Of a stretch of DNA of 64,000 nt, positions 52,801 to 62,903 are shown one piece after another. Source of the stretch: an uncultured delta proteobacterium (lineage in GTDB: Bacteria > Myxococcota > Myxococcia > Myxococcales > Myxococcaceae); assembly GCA_963796055.1 (NCBI GenBank), contig CAWCKH010000004.1:224001-288000 (forward strand). The letters run 5' to 3'. The position numbers and the translations under genes are program-made. Each line of letters opens with the position of its first letter. The stretch's first letter is position 1. The notes below the pieces were generated by a model. It saw only the letters and a list, made by a program, of their open reading frames with translations, had not been told where the DNA came from and searched no databases.

Positions 52801-55800
52801 CGAATGCAATCAGCTTTCCCGCGGTGGTGACAGCAAGGGAATGGGTGTCACCCGCGGCCGCGGCCACGAATGCATCTGTCCCCCCCACCTTCGTGGGAAG
52901 TGCCTTGTCGCTGGTCGTCCCGTCCCCCAGCTGGCCGCTCGCATTGCCACCCCAGGCATAGAGGTCTCCGCTCCGGGTGACCGCGAGCACATGCTGTTGC
53001 CCAGAGGCAACGCGGGTCACGTCACTGAGCGCGGCGATCCGAACGGGGGTGTTCTTCGGCCCACCTGCCGCGCCTGTTCCGAGCTGGCCATGATCGTTTT
53101 GTCCCCAGGCGTAGAGCGAACCATCCGCGGTGAAGGCGTAACTGGATCCGGCACCGGCCGATATGCCGATGACTTGACTCAGGCCCACAACGGGGGTGGG
53201 TTCCTCGCGCGACTCCAGGTCCCCCAGCCCGAGCTGTCCCTGGTCGTTTGCTCCCCATGCCCAGAGGCTCCCGTCGGAAGCGACCGCGAGGCCATGGTCC
53301 TTGCCAGCCGCGATCTCCCGGAAGCTGGTCCCTCTTGCGATCATCTGGGCGTCGCGACGGGAGACCGATGTGCCGTCTCCCAGTTGACCAGCCGCTCCTT
53401 CTCCCCATGAGTAGAGCTGTCCGTAGATGTCGATGAAGAGACCGAATCCCGTGCCGAGCGCGACACGTGTCCCCGTGTCCTGCAGCCTCCCGGCGATCGT
53501 GTAGCTCTGCGAGACGACGTCGCTGGGGTCGCACCCGAGCTTGGTCGCCTGCGCGGTCAAGGTGAAGTTTCCGGCCGGAATGACCTGGCCACGAAGGAGC
53601 TTGCCTGCGGACACGCCCAGTGGCGGTGGGCCCTGTTGATAGCTGACCACCGCGCCCGACGTTTCCACGGAGACAGAGATGTCCTGGCCCGCGCGGTAGT
53701 TCCCGCCTGGTGGGTCGAAGACGGGAGGCGCGACCTTGATCCGGAACGTCGCGGCGATCTTCGGGCTCGGGGCGTAGTCCGGACTGAAGGAGTAGGCCTT
53801 GATCGTCGTGGTGGCGTTGACCGGGATTGGGCCCGTGTAGACCTTCGAAGCGGGCGAGGGATCCGAGCCGTCGAGCGTGTAGTAAACCGTCCCGCGTGGG
53901 TCAGCGGAGATGCTCACGTCGACGCGGCCCTGGAACGTCCCCGATGGCGGGGATAGAATGGGCGGATTCAGCGCTCCCAGGTTGAACAGGTAGACGGCCG
54001 TTCGAGTGGCCGAGGGCTGCCAGCCGGAGCGGAACGCCGCGGCCTTCAGCGTGGCGCGCGAGCCAAGTCGGATCGGCGCCGTGTAGGGCGTGGAACTGGA
54101 GCTGGGCTCGGAGCCATCGAGCGTGTACCGGACGACGGACTCCGGAGTCCCCTCCGTGATCACGACGTCGACTGGATTCGAGAAGACGTACCCATCGCCC
54201 GGCGTGAAGTCTGGAACCGCGGGTGCAAACTCCAAATCGTAGGTCGTCGTGTTGCTGTCCGGATAGCCGGCAAGAAAGGCCTTCAGCTTGTAGGTGGCCG
54301 GATCCTGGATCGTCCGGGTGGTTCCGGACGGCCAGACAGGTGAGGACGTCGTCGGCTCCGAGCCGTCGGTCGTGAAGTGGATCTCGGCCCCTGGTGTCGA
54401 GCAGCTGGCGGTGAAGGGCCAAGGATAATTGTAAGTGCCCGACGGCTGCGAAAGCGTGGGAGCGGCGACCCTCCAGGTGAGCCCTGGCGAACTCAGGGTT
54501 GTGGGCGACAAGGTCAGCGGGACCGAGTTCAGCTGGCTCGCAGCCCCCCAGAAGTAGACGACGCCATCGGCGGTGAGGGCGAGCGAGTGTGTTCCGCCGC
54601 TGGCAACACTCACCACCGGCGGGAGGCCGGGGATCCTTTCCGGAGCCGAACGAGAGACGGTCGTTCCGTCTCCGAGGACACCTGATGAATTGAGTCCCCA
54701 GGACATGACCAATCCGTCACTCCCAAGTGCCATTGCGGCGGTGATTGCAGTCGAGACGTCGACCGTGTTCGAGGCGCCGATGACGGTCTGTGGAGTAGCG
54801 CCCCCGTAGCTCCCGGTCAGGTAGCGGTAGGAGTCGTACCCGATGAAATCGACCGAGCCATCAGCTCCGAGCACCAGCGAGTAATAGGTGGAGATTGTGT
54901 CTCCGCCCCCCCGGATGGCCACCGCACCGACGATCGAGCTGACCAGCGTCGGAACGCGGACCGGTTGCCCTCCGCTCACGAAGCCCGTCTCGTTCGAGGC
55001 GTTTCTTCCCCAGCCGTAGACGAGCCCACCCTTGATGGCGAACGACGTCTCGTCCCCAGCCCAAACCGATGCGACGCCCGTCAGACCGGGGACCTGAATC
55101 GGAGTGGTGTGTGCTGTCGATGTCCCATCTCCCAGCTCGCCACCAGAGTTGCCGCCCCACGCCCAGACGGTCCCGTCCGACTTGAGCGCCAGTCCGTGAT
55201 AGAGCCCTGCGGCGATCTGAACGATACCGGTCAGGCTGGGGACCTGCACAGGTGCGAGAGCGTTGCCAGTTGCGCCACCGTTCTGGCCCCATACCCAGAC
55301 GGTCCCGTCCTCCCGTAGCGCGTAGGCGCTCCGGTAACGTGCCTCGATTTGCTTGATCCCATTCAGGCCCAGAACGCGCCCAGGGAAACTTCGGTCGCTC
55401 GTCGTTCCATCACCGAGCTGACCCACGGCATTGTAACCCCAGGCCCAGACGGTTCCATCGGTGCCCAGCGCATAGGACGTGAGGTAGCCCGCGGCGACGG
55501 CGAGGGCGGCCACCCTGCCGGTGATCGAGTACGTTGCCGTGGTGACGGCGCTGTCCACGGCGCCGGCTTTGAACGCCTTCACCTTGAGGGTGTAGTTCCC
55601 GATCACCAACGCGTCACCCGATGCAATCGTGGGACTGGCGGTGGTCGGGTCCGTCCCGTCGAGTGTGTAGTGGAGCGTGGCGCCGGACGTGGGCGAAGTC
55701 ACCGTTACTTGTGTTCCGGCCGGATAGCTTCCGCCAGGCACACCGAGCGCTGGGGCCGCGACCTGGAGTGAGTAGAGGACGGTGCTCACGCTGCTGGTGG

Positions 55801-57640
55801 CGTGATCGAGCTGGAAGCAGGCGGACTTGAGAGTCGTCGTCTGAGCAAGAACGATGGGGGCAGCGTAGGCGTTCGAGGTGTCGGCGGGATTGGCGTTATC
55901 CGTCGTATAGCGGGCGATGGCTCCCGCGGAGCAGGACAAGGTCACGGAGACGGAAGAGACGTAAGCCCCGGCGGCAGGCGAGACGGTTGGCGCAGAAAGG
56001 GTTCCGTAGTTGAAGTCATACGTGCCGGTGAATACGTCACTGTCAGACCAACCGGGCTTGGTCGCGTACGCCCTGAGTGTCGTCTGGGTCGAGATCGAGA
56101 GCGGGGCCGAGTACGTGGGCGACGTTCCGCTTGGGGTCGCTCCGTCGAGCGTGTAGTGGATCGTCGCTTCGGGAGTACTGTCCGCCAGAGATACGGTCTG
56201 AGCGGTTGTGTAGGTTGACGGGTAAGGCGAGGGGGATGGCGTGAAGACCTTCATCACGTAGTCCGCCACCGCCAGATCGCTCGAGGGACTCCCCGCCTTG
56301 CCCGCAAACACCTTCAGCGTCTGCGTCCGGTCGATGGGGACGCTTCCGCCGCTTGCAATCGTAGGGCTACCGCTCGTGGGATCGGTGCCATCGAGTGTGT
56401 AGTAGATGGTCGCGCTCGGTGTCGCCGAGGTGATCGTGACGCCTGGCGGGTAGAAGTAGGTGCCAGCGCCGGGGTTGAACTGTGGAGTTCCGACCCTCCA
56501 GGCGAAGCTGGTTCCACTGATCGCCTTCGGAGTGGGGCTGGCCTTCGTGGTTCCATCACCGAGCTGAGCCGAGCTGTTTCCGCCCCATGAGTAGACGACC
56601 CCGCTCGAGGTCAGGGCCAGGGAGTGGGAGGCACCTGCCGCCACGCTCACCACCGCGCTCAGCCCTGCCACCTGGCTCGGGGAATTTCTGGACGTCGTGC
56701 TTCCGTCGCCGAGCTGCCCATAGCCGTTCGAGCCCCAGACCCAAACGGTTCCGTCCGACTTCAGGGCGAGAACGTGATCAGCCGCGGCGAGCTTGCCGAC
56801 GTTGCTGATCGTGCTCAGGTGGACGGGGGTCACCCGTGAGGTGTTCGTTCCATCACCGAGCTGGCCGTAACCGTTGTAGCCCCAGGCCCAGACGGTGCCG
56901 TCTGACGCGACAGCAAGTGAGTGCGAGCTGCCGGCCGCGATGGCGCGCGGGCTGGGGACACCACTGGAAACGACCGGCGACGACCGGGATGTCGTGGTTC
57001 CATCGCCGAGCTGGCCGTAACCGTTGTAACCAACGGCCAGGACACCACTCGCGGTGCCGATCAGCGTGTGACTCGCGCCAGCAGCGACGAGCGTCGCGGT
57101 CGTGACTCCCGGCACCTGGACCGGCGCCGAGCGATTGGTCGTGCTGCCATCCCCGAGCTGCCCGTACCCGTTGTAGCCCCACGCCCAGGCCGTTCCGTCC
57201 GCCTTGACGGCGACCGAGTGGCTGTCACCGGCCGCGATGGCCACGACTCCGGTCAGTCCACTGACCTGCACGGGCGCGTTGCGACTCGTGGAAGTCCCAT
57301 CTCCGAGCTGCCCGTAGCCGTTGTAGCCCCATGCCCAGACCGTTCCGTCCGACTTCAGAGCAAGAGTGTGGTTGGAGCCCAGGGACACTGCTTGCCAGGC
57401 TCCGGTGATCTCCGTCGGAACGGGCCTCGGGGTGTTGGTTGCATCCCCAATCTGGCCGTAGCCGTTGTAGCCCCAGAGGGCGAGGGTCCCGCTCGTCTCG
57501 AGCACCGCGCTGTGCGACTGACCGGCTGAAACCGACTGAGCAGTGGCGGCGAGCCAGGATGCGCCACCAATCATCGAGAGGCCCAGGCAGAGCGAGAGAC
57601 GCCACCGGACTCGCCCGAGCCTCAGCGACGAGGGACTCAT
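49820..57640 (-). CDS. Giant secreted RCC1-repeat protein with chitobiase/Fn3-associated repeats and C-terminal HEXXH motif
   Basis: Three blocks of DGTVWAWGxNxxGQLGDG repeats; YTLDG.DP repeats; AHEFAHHF near C-terminus; GGAG RBS. Confidence 0.88.
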   Translation of the reverse strand: MSPSSLRLGRVRWRLSLCLGLSMIGGASWLAATAQSVSAGQSHSAVLETSGTLALWGYNGYGQIGDATNTPRPVPTEITGAWQAVSLGSNHTLALKSDGTVWAWGYNGYGQLGDGTSTSRNAPVQVSGLTGVVAIAAGDSHSVAVKADGTAWAWGYNGYGQLGDGSTTNRSAPVQVPGVTTATLVAAGASHTLIGTASGVLAVGYNGYGQLGDGTTTSRSSPVVSSGVPSPRAIAAGSSHSLAVASDGTVWAWGYNGYGQLGDGTNTSRVTPVHLSTISNVGKLAAADHVLALKSDGTVWVWGSNGYGQLGDGSTTSRNSPSQVAGLSAVVSVAAGASHSLALTSSGVVYSWGGNSSAQLGDGTTKASPTPKAISGTSFAWRVGTPQFNPGAGTYFYPPGVTITSATPSATIYYTLDGTDPTSGSPTIASGGSVPIDRTQTLKVFAGKAGSPSSDLAVADYVMKVFTPSPSPYPSTYTTAQTVSLADSTPEATIHYTLDGATPSGTSPTYSAPLSISTQTTLRAYATKPGWSDSDVFTGTYDFNYGTLSAPTVSPAAGAYVSSVSVTLSCSAGAIARYTTDNANPADTSNAYAAPIVLAQTTTLKSACFQLDHATSSVSTVLYSLQVAAPALGVPGGSYPAGTQVTVTSPTSGATLHYTLDGTDPTTASPTIASGDALVIGNYTLKVKAFKAGAVDSAVTTATYSITGRVAALAVAAGYLTSYALGTDGTVWAWGYNAVGQLGDGTTSDRSFPGRVLGLNGIKQIEARYRSAYALREDGTVWVWGQNGGATGNALAPVQVPSLTGIVQIAAGLYHGLALKSDGTVWAWGGNSGGELGDGTSTAHTTPIQVPGLTGVASVWAGDETSFAIKGGLVYGWGRNASNETGFVSGGQPVRVPTLVSSIVGAVAIRGGGDTISTYYSLVLGADGSVDFIGYDSYRYLTGSYGGATPQTVIGASNTVDVSTAITAAMALGSDGLVMSWGLNSSGVLGDGTTVSRSAPERIPGLPPVVSVASGGTHSLALTADGVVYFWGAASQLNSVPLTLSPTTLSSPGLTWRVAAPTLSQPSGTYNYPWPFTASCSTPGAEIHFTTDGSEPTTSSPVWPSGTTRTIQDPATYKLKAFLAGYPDSNTTTYDLEFAPAVPDFTPGDGYVFSNPVDVVITEGTPESVVRYTLDGSEPSSSSTPYTAPIRLGSRATLKAAAFRSGWQPSATRTAVYLFNLGALNPPILSPPSGTFQGRVDVSISADPRGTVYYTLDGSDPSPASKVYTGPIPVNATTTIKAYSFSPDYAPSPKIAATFRIKVAPPVFDPPGGNYRAGQDISVSVETSGAVVSYQQGPPPLGVSAGKLLRGQVIPAGNFTLTAQATKLGCDPSDVVSQSYTIAGRLQDTGTRVALGTGFGLFIDIYGQLYSWGEGAAGQLGDGTSVSRRDAQMIARGTSFREIAAGKDHGLAVASDGSLWAWGANDQGQLGLGDLESREEPTPVVGLSQVIGISAGAGSSYAFTADGSLYAWGQNDHGQLGTGAAGGPKNTPVRIAALSDVTRVASGQQHVLAVTRSGDLYAWGGNASGQLGDGTTSDKALPTKVGGTDAFVAAAAGDTHSLAVTTAGKLIAFGDNTFGELGTGSKATSVPSPTPTLVSDASGAIAAGQGFSLACGGDGTCVGFGANDSGQLGVVGPDQPAPARIPTISGIVGLGAAAKAAAAVNSRGQLVRWGGATPLPYTDVAVSRASTQAPQPVITGYKAGQEYVWWGDDFTVAVTNLDTLDPHLTVGQFPGYAVQATSVAGPTTAGDFVATFKVPYDTRGGRFLYLSSRGRTVPVDNNVAPIQLSPPVTYNGILSVVGTDFKAPKKEGHLFVSDSDGVYDLDLFAQPFSSASSQKLQAIPGGQLLSEVTSDGKLFFVPTTTGNPDVMVLDIATGNATKWSSTTDLKDKTGAKVTFTAGAIAAFRDGSTVFIWDKDSSRMIAVFPDTPFFVLDEKKFAVNPDAPALTALNRDGFVAYNTRVTVELVGPLHGYALTFPIPGVKGLTRADTYFDNDPTQPNAVLWCRAQGCSEVFNPTTHRAASVTVNDARNRVLLFESSMWTARVVTDRVVVSNPSPTTGPIPFLSDAQVGDGVLSMKVVAPPWQTVALRVVDPPDTAPYVQPQSTAFRGNDNKNTSGQAGVGADPQGAFSRCLSLPPSNPLLNGDVVYQVYLRVPGDAAAGDNYRVELSMSPFVESECSGNGLPDRPLINYSGSVEVWRQIALEVDPMYRRGAPLARRASPGDQQVWLAKLNLSPGSATPSFQEVDNIVDGESVTIFGGSATGEGSEQACVDQRDPHPADAGPDLVKVTLKDCRTGLPYAIQGDYIPSYSVGGKDLDFTAGAKGISGLGANAPAQGVSSPLLKPNLDDLLQAFAGAYVEFYVLEFGAGSRPVPFLDEQWFTRKDEASYDWFAVSSFRNYRRGAPRQELPSAPNGDLPHATWHVLGATAGLVNSKGQPSYGLTARGYDVTTLAITKMERDAPSFGYDVKQITAWVAAHEFAHHFKVAACSEEHDDSRLAWTTALKVTSGEVCLMRSQPPTKYSHLGLAHFCVEELLLGDPACQGAGTSVSPRDGSIRGFPSDGL

Positions 57641-57917
57641 GGCCGTTCTCCCCTCTCCAGCGCGAGACCGTCGGTCCAGTGAGCGGCGGACGGGGGACCG
57701 CCACGAAGGGTGCTTGGCCAGGGCCCCCGGAGCCGAGGGAATGGCCAAGAAGGCCTAGCAATCCCACGCATGCTTGCCCCCCGAGGAAGGGTGCACAAAA
57801 CAGCGGGATTCACGCCTCCGTCAAGCGATCACAGCAGAATACTTTGACGCGGCAAAAAGAGGTGGAGTGTGTCTTTGTATGTGAAGGTAGGCGAGGTGAG
57901 ACGTGCATGCTTCTGAG

Positions 57918-58323
57918 ATGGTTTCCCTTCTCTTGGTCCTGCTGCTCGGAGCGACGCCCTCATTCGCTGCAGACCCGACGGGGCCTCCGTTCGAGCTCGG
58001 ATATGACGCGACGGTCTCCGCCCGACGGTCCCCTGACGGACGCACCCTCTACCTGAGTCTCAAGAATCGAACGAGCTTCTCCATTGCGGTCTTCGCTCGC
58101 CCACTGGAGAACGAGCCTCGCCGGGGTTGCTGATGTGGTGCGGATGGAGGTGCTCTTCTCCTGGGAATTGGTATGCGATGAGGTCGGGCCTCAGCCTTAC
58201 AACCAGCTCCGCGCCAAGCTGGAACGGGCACCGTTGAGCCCGACCCGCGGGCGTTTCGTCCTCGTCGCGGTGGACGCCCACGGCAAGCCGGGGCGTTCCA
58301 CGGTTCACTGGCCGCGCTACTGA
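57918..58323 (+). pseudogene. Possible secreted protein gene, frame-broken
   Basis: Signal peptide MVSLLLVLLLGATPSFA; continuation in another frame. Confidence 0.3.
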
Positions 58324-58440
58324 CCCCCAGCCCTCGAGCGTCAACCATTCGGTTCTTACCAACGCGCAACCGGAGGGCGTGCAATCGCCCCAGGTCGGAG
58401 TGAGGGTCGCCGGCCCACACGCATGCGAGAGGAGATCGCT

Positions 58441-59151
58441 GTGCCTCCGTCCGGTCATTCGATGAACATCGTTCTGGTTCATGGCGGCTTCGTTGACGGC
58501 TCTGGCTGGGCGGGGGTCTTCAAGATCCTGACCGAGGACGGCTACAACGTGACCGTCGTGCAGAACCCCACCCTCTCCCTGGCGGAGGACGTCGCCGTGA
58601 CCAGGCGCGCGATCGCAGCGCAAGGCGGCCCGGCACTGCTCGTCGGTCACTCGTATGGAGGCGCGGTGATCACCGAGGCCGGCACCAATCCGAGGGTCGC
58701 CGGACTCGTCTACGTCTGCGGGTTTGCCCCCGACACAGGCGAATCGGTCTCGACGCTGATTGCCAATCCGCCACCCGACGCGCCGGTTCCTCCAATCCTG
58801 CCGCCCCAGGAGGGCTTCCTGCTCCTGGACAAGGCGAAGTTCCGCGACTCCTTCGCGGCAGACGTGGACGCGAAGACGGCCGAGTTCATGGCGAACTCCC
58901 AGGTCCCGTGGGGCGTCGATGCATTGGCCGGGACGATCACCACGCCGGCCTGGAAGACCAAGCCAAGCTGGTACCTGTTGACCACGGAGGACCGAATGAT
59001 CCCTCCGCCCGCACAGCGCATGATGTCGAAGCGTGCTGGCTCGACGGTGACCGAGGTGGCCGCCAGCCACTCGGTCTACGTATCCCAGCCGGCGCCGGTG
59101 GCTGCCTTGATTGCGAAGGCCGCCAAGGACGTGGCCGCCAGGTCGAAATAG
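58441..59151 (+). CDS. Alpha/beta hydrolase
   Basis: VLVHGGFVDGSGW, GHSYGG, ASHSVYVSQP. Confidence 0.92.
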   Translation: MPPSGHSMNIVLVHGGFVDGSGWAGVFKILTEDGYNVTVVQNPTLSLAEDVAVTRRAIAAQGGPALLVGHSYGGAVITEAGTNPRVAGLVYVCGFAPDTGESVSTLIANPPPDAPVPPILPPQEGFLLLDKAKFRDSFAADVDAKTAEFMANSQVPWGVDALAGTITTPAWKTKPSWYLLTTEDRMIPPPAQRMMSKRAGSTVTEVAASHSVYVSQPAPVAALIAKAAKDVAARSK

Positions 59152-59329
59152 CAACTCTCGCATCTATCAGGATGCACGGGTGCCCATCGTCGGTTCGCCG
59201 TGACGCGAGCGGCATCGCATTCGACCCAGCTGCCGGTTGATCGTCCCTTGGTCGAACTGTTCCGGGCCGAACCCTTCGCCCCTCAGTCCTCGCTGCGGCC
59301 CGCGAATGTGACGAGCCCAGGAGGAGCGC

Positions 59330-59818
59330 ATGCCCAGCAAGGCCAAGCCCAAGGCGGCGGCCGGCAAAGGCGGGCGATCCACGGCAACCAAGAGCAAGGC
59401 TCCGGGGGTGACCGCGAAGCCGGCCCTCCTCGCAGGCGGCAACCCTCAGATTGCGAAGGCCGACGGCGACGCCCCCGTGCACGCCTACATCGCGGCCATG
59501 CCGGCGTGGAAACGCGACCTCGGGCGCCGCCTCGACGCGCTCATCGTGCGCAACGTGCTCGACGTGCGGAAGCCCGTGAAGTGGAACTCGCCCTTCTACG
59601 GCATCGAGGGCCAGGGCTGGTTCCTGTCGTTCCACGTCTTCACCCACTACGTGAAGGTGACCTTCTTCCGCGGCACCGCGCTGCGCCCTGTCCCTCCCGG
59701 CGAGTCCAACCAGAAGGACACGCGCTACCTCGATGTCCGCGCGGACGACCCGCTCGACGAGGAGCTCGTGGCGAGCTGGATCAGGCAGGCACCGGAGCTG
59801 CCCGGCTGGGTCCCGTAG
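59330..59818 (+). CDS. DUF1801 family protein
   Basis: GGNPQIAKADGD, VKWNSPFYG, WFLSFH; AGGAGG RBS. Confidence 0.85.
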   Translation: MPSKAKPKAAAGKGGRSTATKSKAPGVTAKPALLAGGNPQIAKADGDAPVHAYIAAMPAWKRDLGRRLDALIVRNVLDVRKPVKWNSPFYGIEGQGWFLSFHVFTHYVKVTFFRGTALRPVPPGESNQKDTRYLDVRADDPLDEELVASWIRQAPELPGWVP

Positions 59819-60557
59819 CACCACCGCCGGCCCAGGCGATCGCATTCTCCAGCTCCTCGTAGGGGAAACGCTTCACCTCGGCCTGGACGAAGTGTTCGGC
59901 GAGACTTGCCGCCACACCGGCGACCTTGGTGTCCGCTGCCAGCGCGATCCTCTTGACCTTTCGATGATGGTCACGAACGAAGCGCAGATGTCGCCAGAGG
60001 CTTCCGAGATTCTCCCAGCCCGGAAACTCTCGTGCATGGATGACCAGACCCTGCAGGTTGCCATGGGCTTCAATCCATGTGTCCGCCATGGTCGCCAGCG
60101 CGTCGAAGTCCTGGGCTCGCAGGGCCTCCTTCACCTCCACGACGATGACGCCCGACTCGGGGAGGAGCCGGTGCGAGATGCCGGCGCCTTCCGGGAGCGA
60201 CCCCAGCCACTCCACGGCCCTGTCCCGGTCCTGGACTCCAAAGGTTCGCACCGGGCAGGGCATGAGGAAGGCAGCGAGGCGCACCGACTCGCGTAACCAC
60301 CCGGTGTCGCTCACGACCGCGCAGCCGTCGAACAGGCGCATGGAACGCAGCCCGATCTTCGCGTCTTCCCACGCCGCAGCCGGGGTGAAGCCCTCGAACT
60401 CGGCACCGAGCTCGTAGAGGAACCGGACGCGCCGACCTTCCTTCCGTGCCTCATTGAGCATGGGCTCGAGGACCTGGTCGTAGTCTTCCTTCGAGACCTT
60501 TCCGGATGCCTTCACTCCCTCGATCCCTGGAGGGAGTCCCTTCAATCGTTCCAGCAT
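59781..60557 (-). CDS. Tandem SpoIIAA-like (STAS/SEC14) domain protein
   Basis: ASGKVSKEDY, AAWED, FPGWE, HHRKVKRIAL. Confidence 0.85.
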   Translation of the reverse strand: MLERLKGLPPGIEGVKASGKVSKEDYDQVLEPMLNEARKEGRRVRFLYELGAEFEGFTPAAAWEDAKIGLRSMRLFDGCAVVSDTGWLRESVRLAAFLMPCPVRTFGVQDRDRAVEWLGSLPEGAGISHRLLPESGVIVVEVKEALRAQDFDALATMADTWIEAHGNLQGLVIHAREFPGWENLGSLWRHLRFVRDHHRKVKRIALAADTKVAGVAASLAEHFVQAEVKRFPYEELENAIAWAGGGATGPSRAAPVPA

Positions 60558-60895
60558 CACCTTCCTCCCTTCGTGTCTCCGGGGTTCGCCGACCGGGTGG
60601 CCTCTCGCAGTCTCCGCTCGATGAGCGCTCGTGGCGGCACCCTGGCGCGCTCTCCCCCGGTATAGAGCCGGCAGCTCCGGCCGCTCGGCGCCTCCTCTCC
60701 GGCGGCATCCGCTCCATTGACCAGGATGGTGGGAGAGCCCCAATCACGGAGCTCGCCCGGCGTGGCCGGTGCGTCGACGTCCAGCTCCTCCACCGCCATC
60801 TCCGGGAGCGCGCATGCGGCGAGCGCCGCACGCAGCACATGGCGCGCTTCGGCCACGTGGGGACAGCCGTCGAAGTACAGGAGCTGAACCTTCAT
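60557..60895 (-). CDS. Thioredoxin-like small protein (DUF2703-like)
   Basis: LLYFDGCPH, GSPTILVNG, SCRLY. Confidence 0.75.
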   Translation of the reverse strand: MKVQLLYFDGCPHVAEARHVLRAALAACALPEMAVEELDVDAPATPGELRDWGSPTILVNGADAAGEEAPSGRSCRLYTGGERARVPPRALIERRLREATRSANPGDTKGGR

Positions 60896-60909
60896 CGCAC
60901 CAGGGCGCA

Positions 60910-61389
60910 TCAGCCTGAAATCTCCCGGCCGGTCACCGTCATCATCGTCGCCAGCATGATCGCGATGGCCTTTGGCCCGTCCTCGGTCTCTGCGACCACC
61001 TCACCTGCGGCGACCGTCAGCGTCCGACCGGGCTTTGTCACCCGCCCGTACGCGACGAATCTGCGACCAGCGGCGGGCGCGAGAAAGTTTACCTTGTATT
61101 CCGCTGTCAAGACGGCGGCGTCCACAGGCATCAGGGTGTGAGCAGCGTAGCCGCATGCGCTGTCAACGATGGCGGTGATGATCGCCGCGTGCAAGTACCC
61201 GTGTTGCTGCGTGAGGTCCTCTCGAAATGGCAGCTCGATGACGACCTCGCCTGGCGATACTGAAGTCAACTCTGCACCAATGGTGTTCATGACGCGCTGG
61301 CGTGCGAAGCTGGCACGGATGCGCTGCTCGAAACCGGTGTCTGCCGGCGTGAACACCTGCGGTCCCAACGGTGTCCTGGCAACGCTCAT
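60910..61389 (-). CDS. PaaI family thioesterase
   Basis: QQHGYLHAA, DSACGYAA, EYKVNFLAPA. Confidence 0.9.
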   Translation of the reverse strand: MSVARTPLGPQVFTPADTGFEQRIRASFARQRVMNTIGAELTSVSPGEVVIELPFREDLTQQHGYLHAAIITAIVDSACGYAAHTLMPVDAAVLTAEYKVNFLAPAAGRRFVAYGRVTKPGRTLTVAAGEVVAETEDGPKAIAIMLATMMTVTGREISG

Positions 61390-61475
61390 CGAAGTGCTCC
61401 GCCCCGAAGGAGTTCGGTACCATCGAAGTGTAAGCGATCAGGTGAAGACCTGATCGGTCTCCACGAGGAGGTCAG

Positions 61476-61706
61476 GTGGCCCGGCGAAAGGTGTTTCACC
61501 TCAGAGTTGACCGCAGGTCGGACGTGAAGAAACCCGTTCGACTGTACACGGGCGACCGGAACTGGATCGACCTCACGTCGGCGGACGCGGTCTGGCTCGG
61601 CTGCACGCTGATCCGCAAGGTGACCCGTTTCCCCTCGACCTCCAGGACTGCCGCCAGGCACGGCGGACCCATTGGGTTCGCGAAGCGGCGTCCGAGCTAC
61701 TACTAG
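61476..61706 (+). CDS. Small basic hypothetical protein
   Basis: GAGGAGG RBS before GTG; high GC3 codon pattern. Confidence 0.5.
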   Translation: MARRKVFHLRVDRRSDVKKPVRLYTGDRNWIDLTSADAVWLGCTLIRKVTRFPSTSRTAARHGGPIGFAKRRPSYY

Positions 61707-62903
61707 GGCTTCGCCCCGGCCTTGTGTCCATCGCGGGCGACCCGGAGTCCCGAGCGGGAGATGCCGCGCGACGGGGTCCACTCTAGTGGCTGCTGGTACG
61801 AGAATCGCACCGCGGCCGTGCATGCTTCATCTCTTTCATCCGGGTCCGCTGACGCTCCGCGGTGTCCTTCGTACGTTATCGCCGGTGTCGACGAGCAGGG
61901 CGCCTTCTCCGAGCCGCTGGTCGCGCAGGATTTCCAGGCGGCGATTGCGGACCTGGCGAAGGGACTCGGACCGGAGAATCTTCGGTGCGAACCTGGGCTC
62001 GCGGAGTTCGCCGGGCCGGGGATAGAGATCGCTGCCCTTCCGCCGGAGGCCATCATCCCCCGCGCGGGTCTACGCTTGGGCCTTCGTCAGCGCACCCGAG
62101 GCCGTTCACAGCCGAGCATCATTGCCGCCTTCCGGTAGGCGTGCGCTCGCTTCTGGGAGGCGGGCCCGTGGGGGCGCTTCACCTCGCGAAGCGCCTTCCA
62201 CGTTGAGCTGCGAGAGGGATATCGCGAGTGGAATCGGGAGGCCGCCATTCTCGGATCAGAAGACGAGCAGTGCGGGCTCGAGCTCTACGACCGTCCCGGT
62301 TCCGTGGCCCGTCTCGCCGGCGCTCTGGACGGCGGACGGATCTCCGCGGCGCGAAAGATTGACTCGACGTGCATCACCTTCGAGCTGGAGCCAACCTGGG
62401 CAGTGGAGGCGGTGCAGGCGGCCTTCGGGCTTCCCGTCTTTCCGAACGTCGTGAGGTTGCGCCGGGGCCGTCCGCGAGCGCCAGAGCGGCTGGAGCTGCT
62501 TCAGCTTGCCGCAGCGCTCGAGGTTGTTGCGATGGCCGGAAGTGACGAGCGCGCCGTGGAGATGGACGCGAACGTCGCGATCTGCGCCGGAGGATACGAG
62601 ATGGTCGCTGTCTCGAGGGCGCCGGACTCGATGGCTGAAGGCGTCGCGTGTGGCGCAGGTCAAGGGCGCTCCCGAGGCGATCCCGCAGGGGCGCACTCTT
62701 GCGGAGGCCCGACGACGCATCCGTGCGGCGCTCGGCCTGGCACTCCGACCTCCGCCAGCGGGTTCATCAGGCCAGGAAGACACCCTGGACCGTGGGGTGA
62801 CCCTGGCGACCGCGGATCACGCCAGGTCGAAGCGGAGGTCCTCGGCCGATTGCCCCAGGCGGTTCCGGTGGACGCGGTCGCGCAATAAGGTGACCGCCCT
62901 GCC

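Noticed and set aside
61720..62890. Short ORFs before the acyl-CoA synthetase
   Set aside because: No recognisable motif or convincing start; possibly decayed remnants
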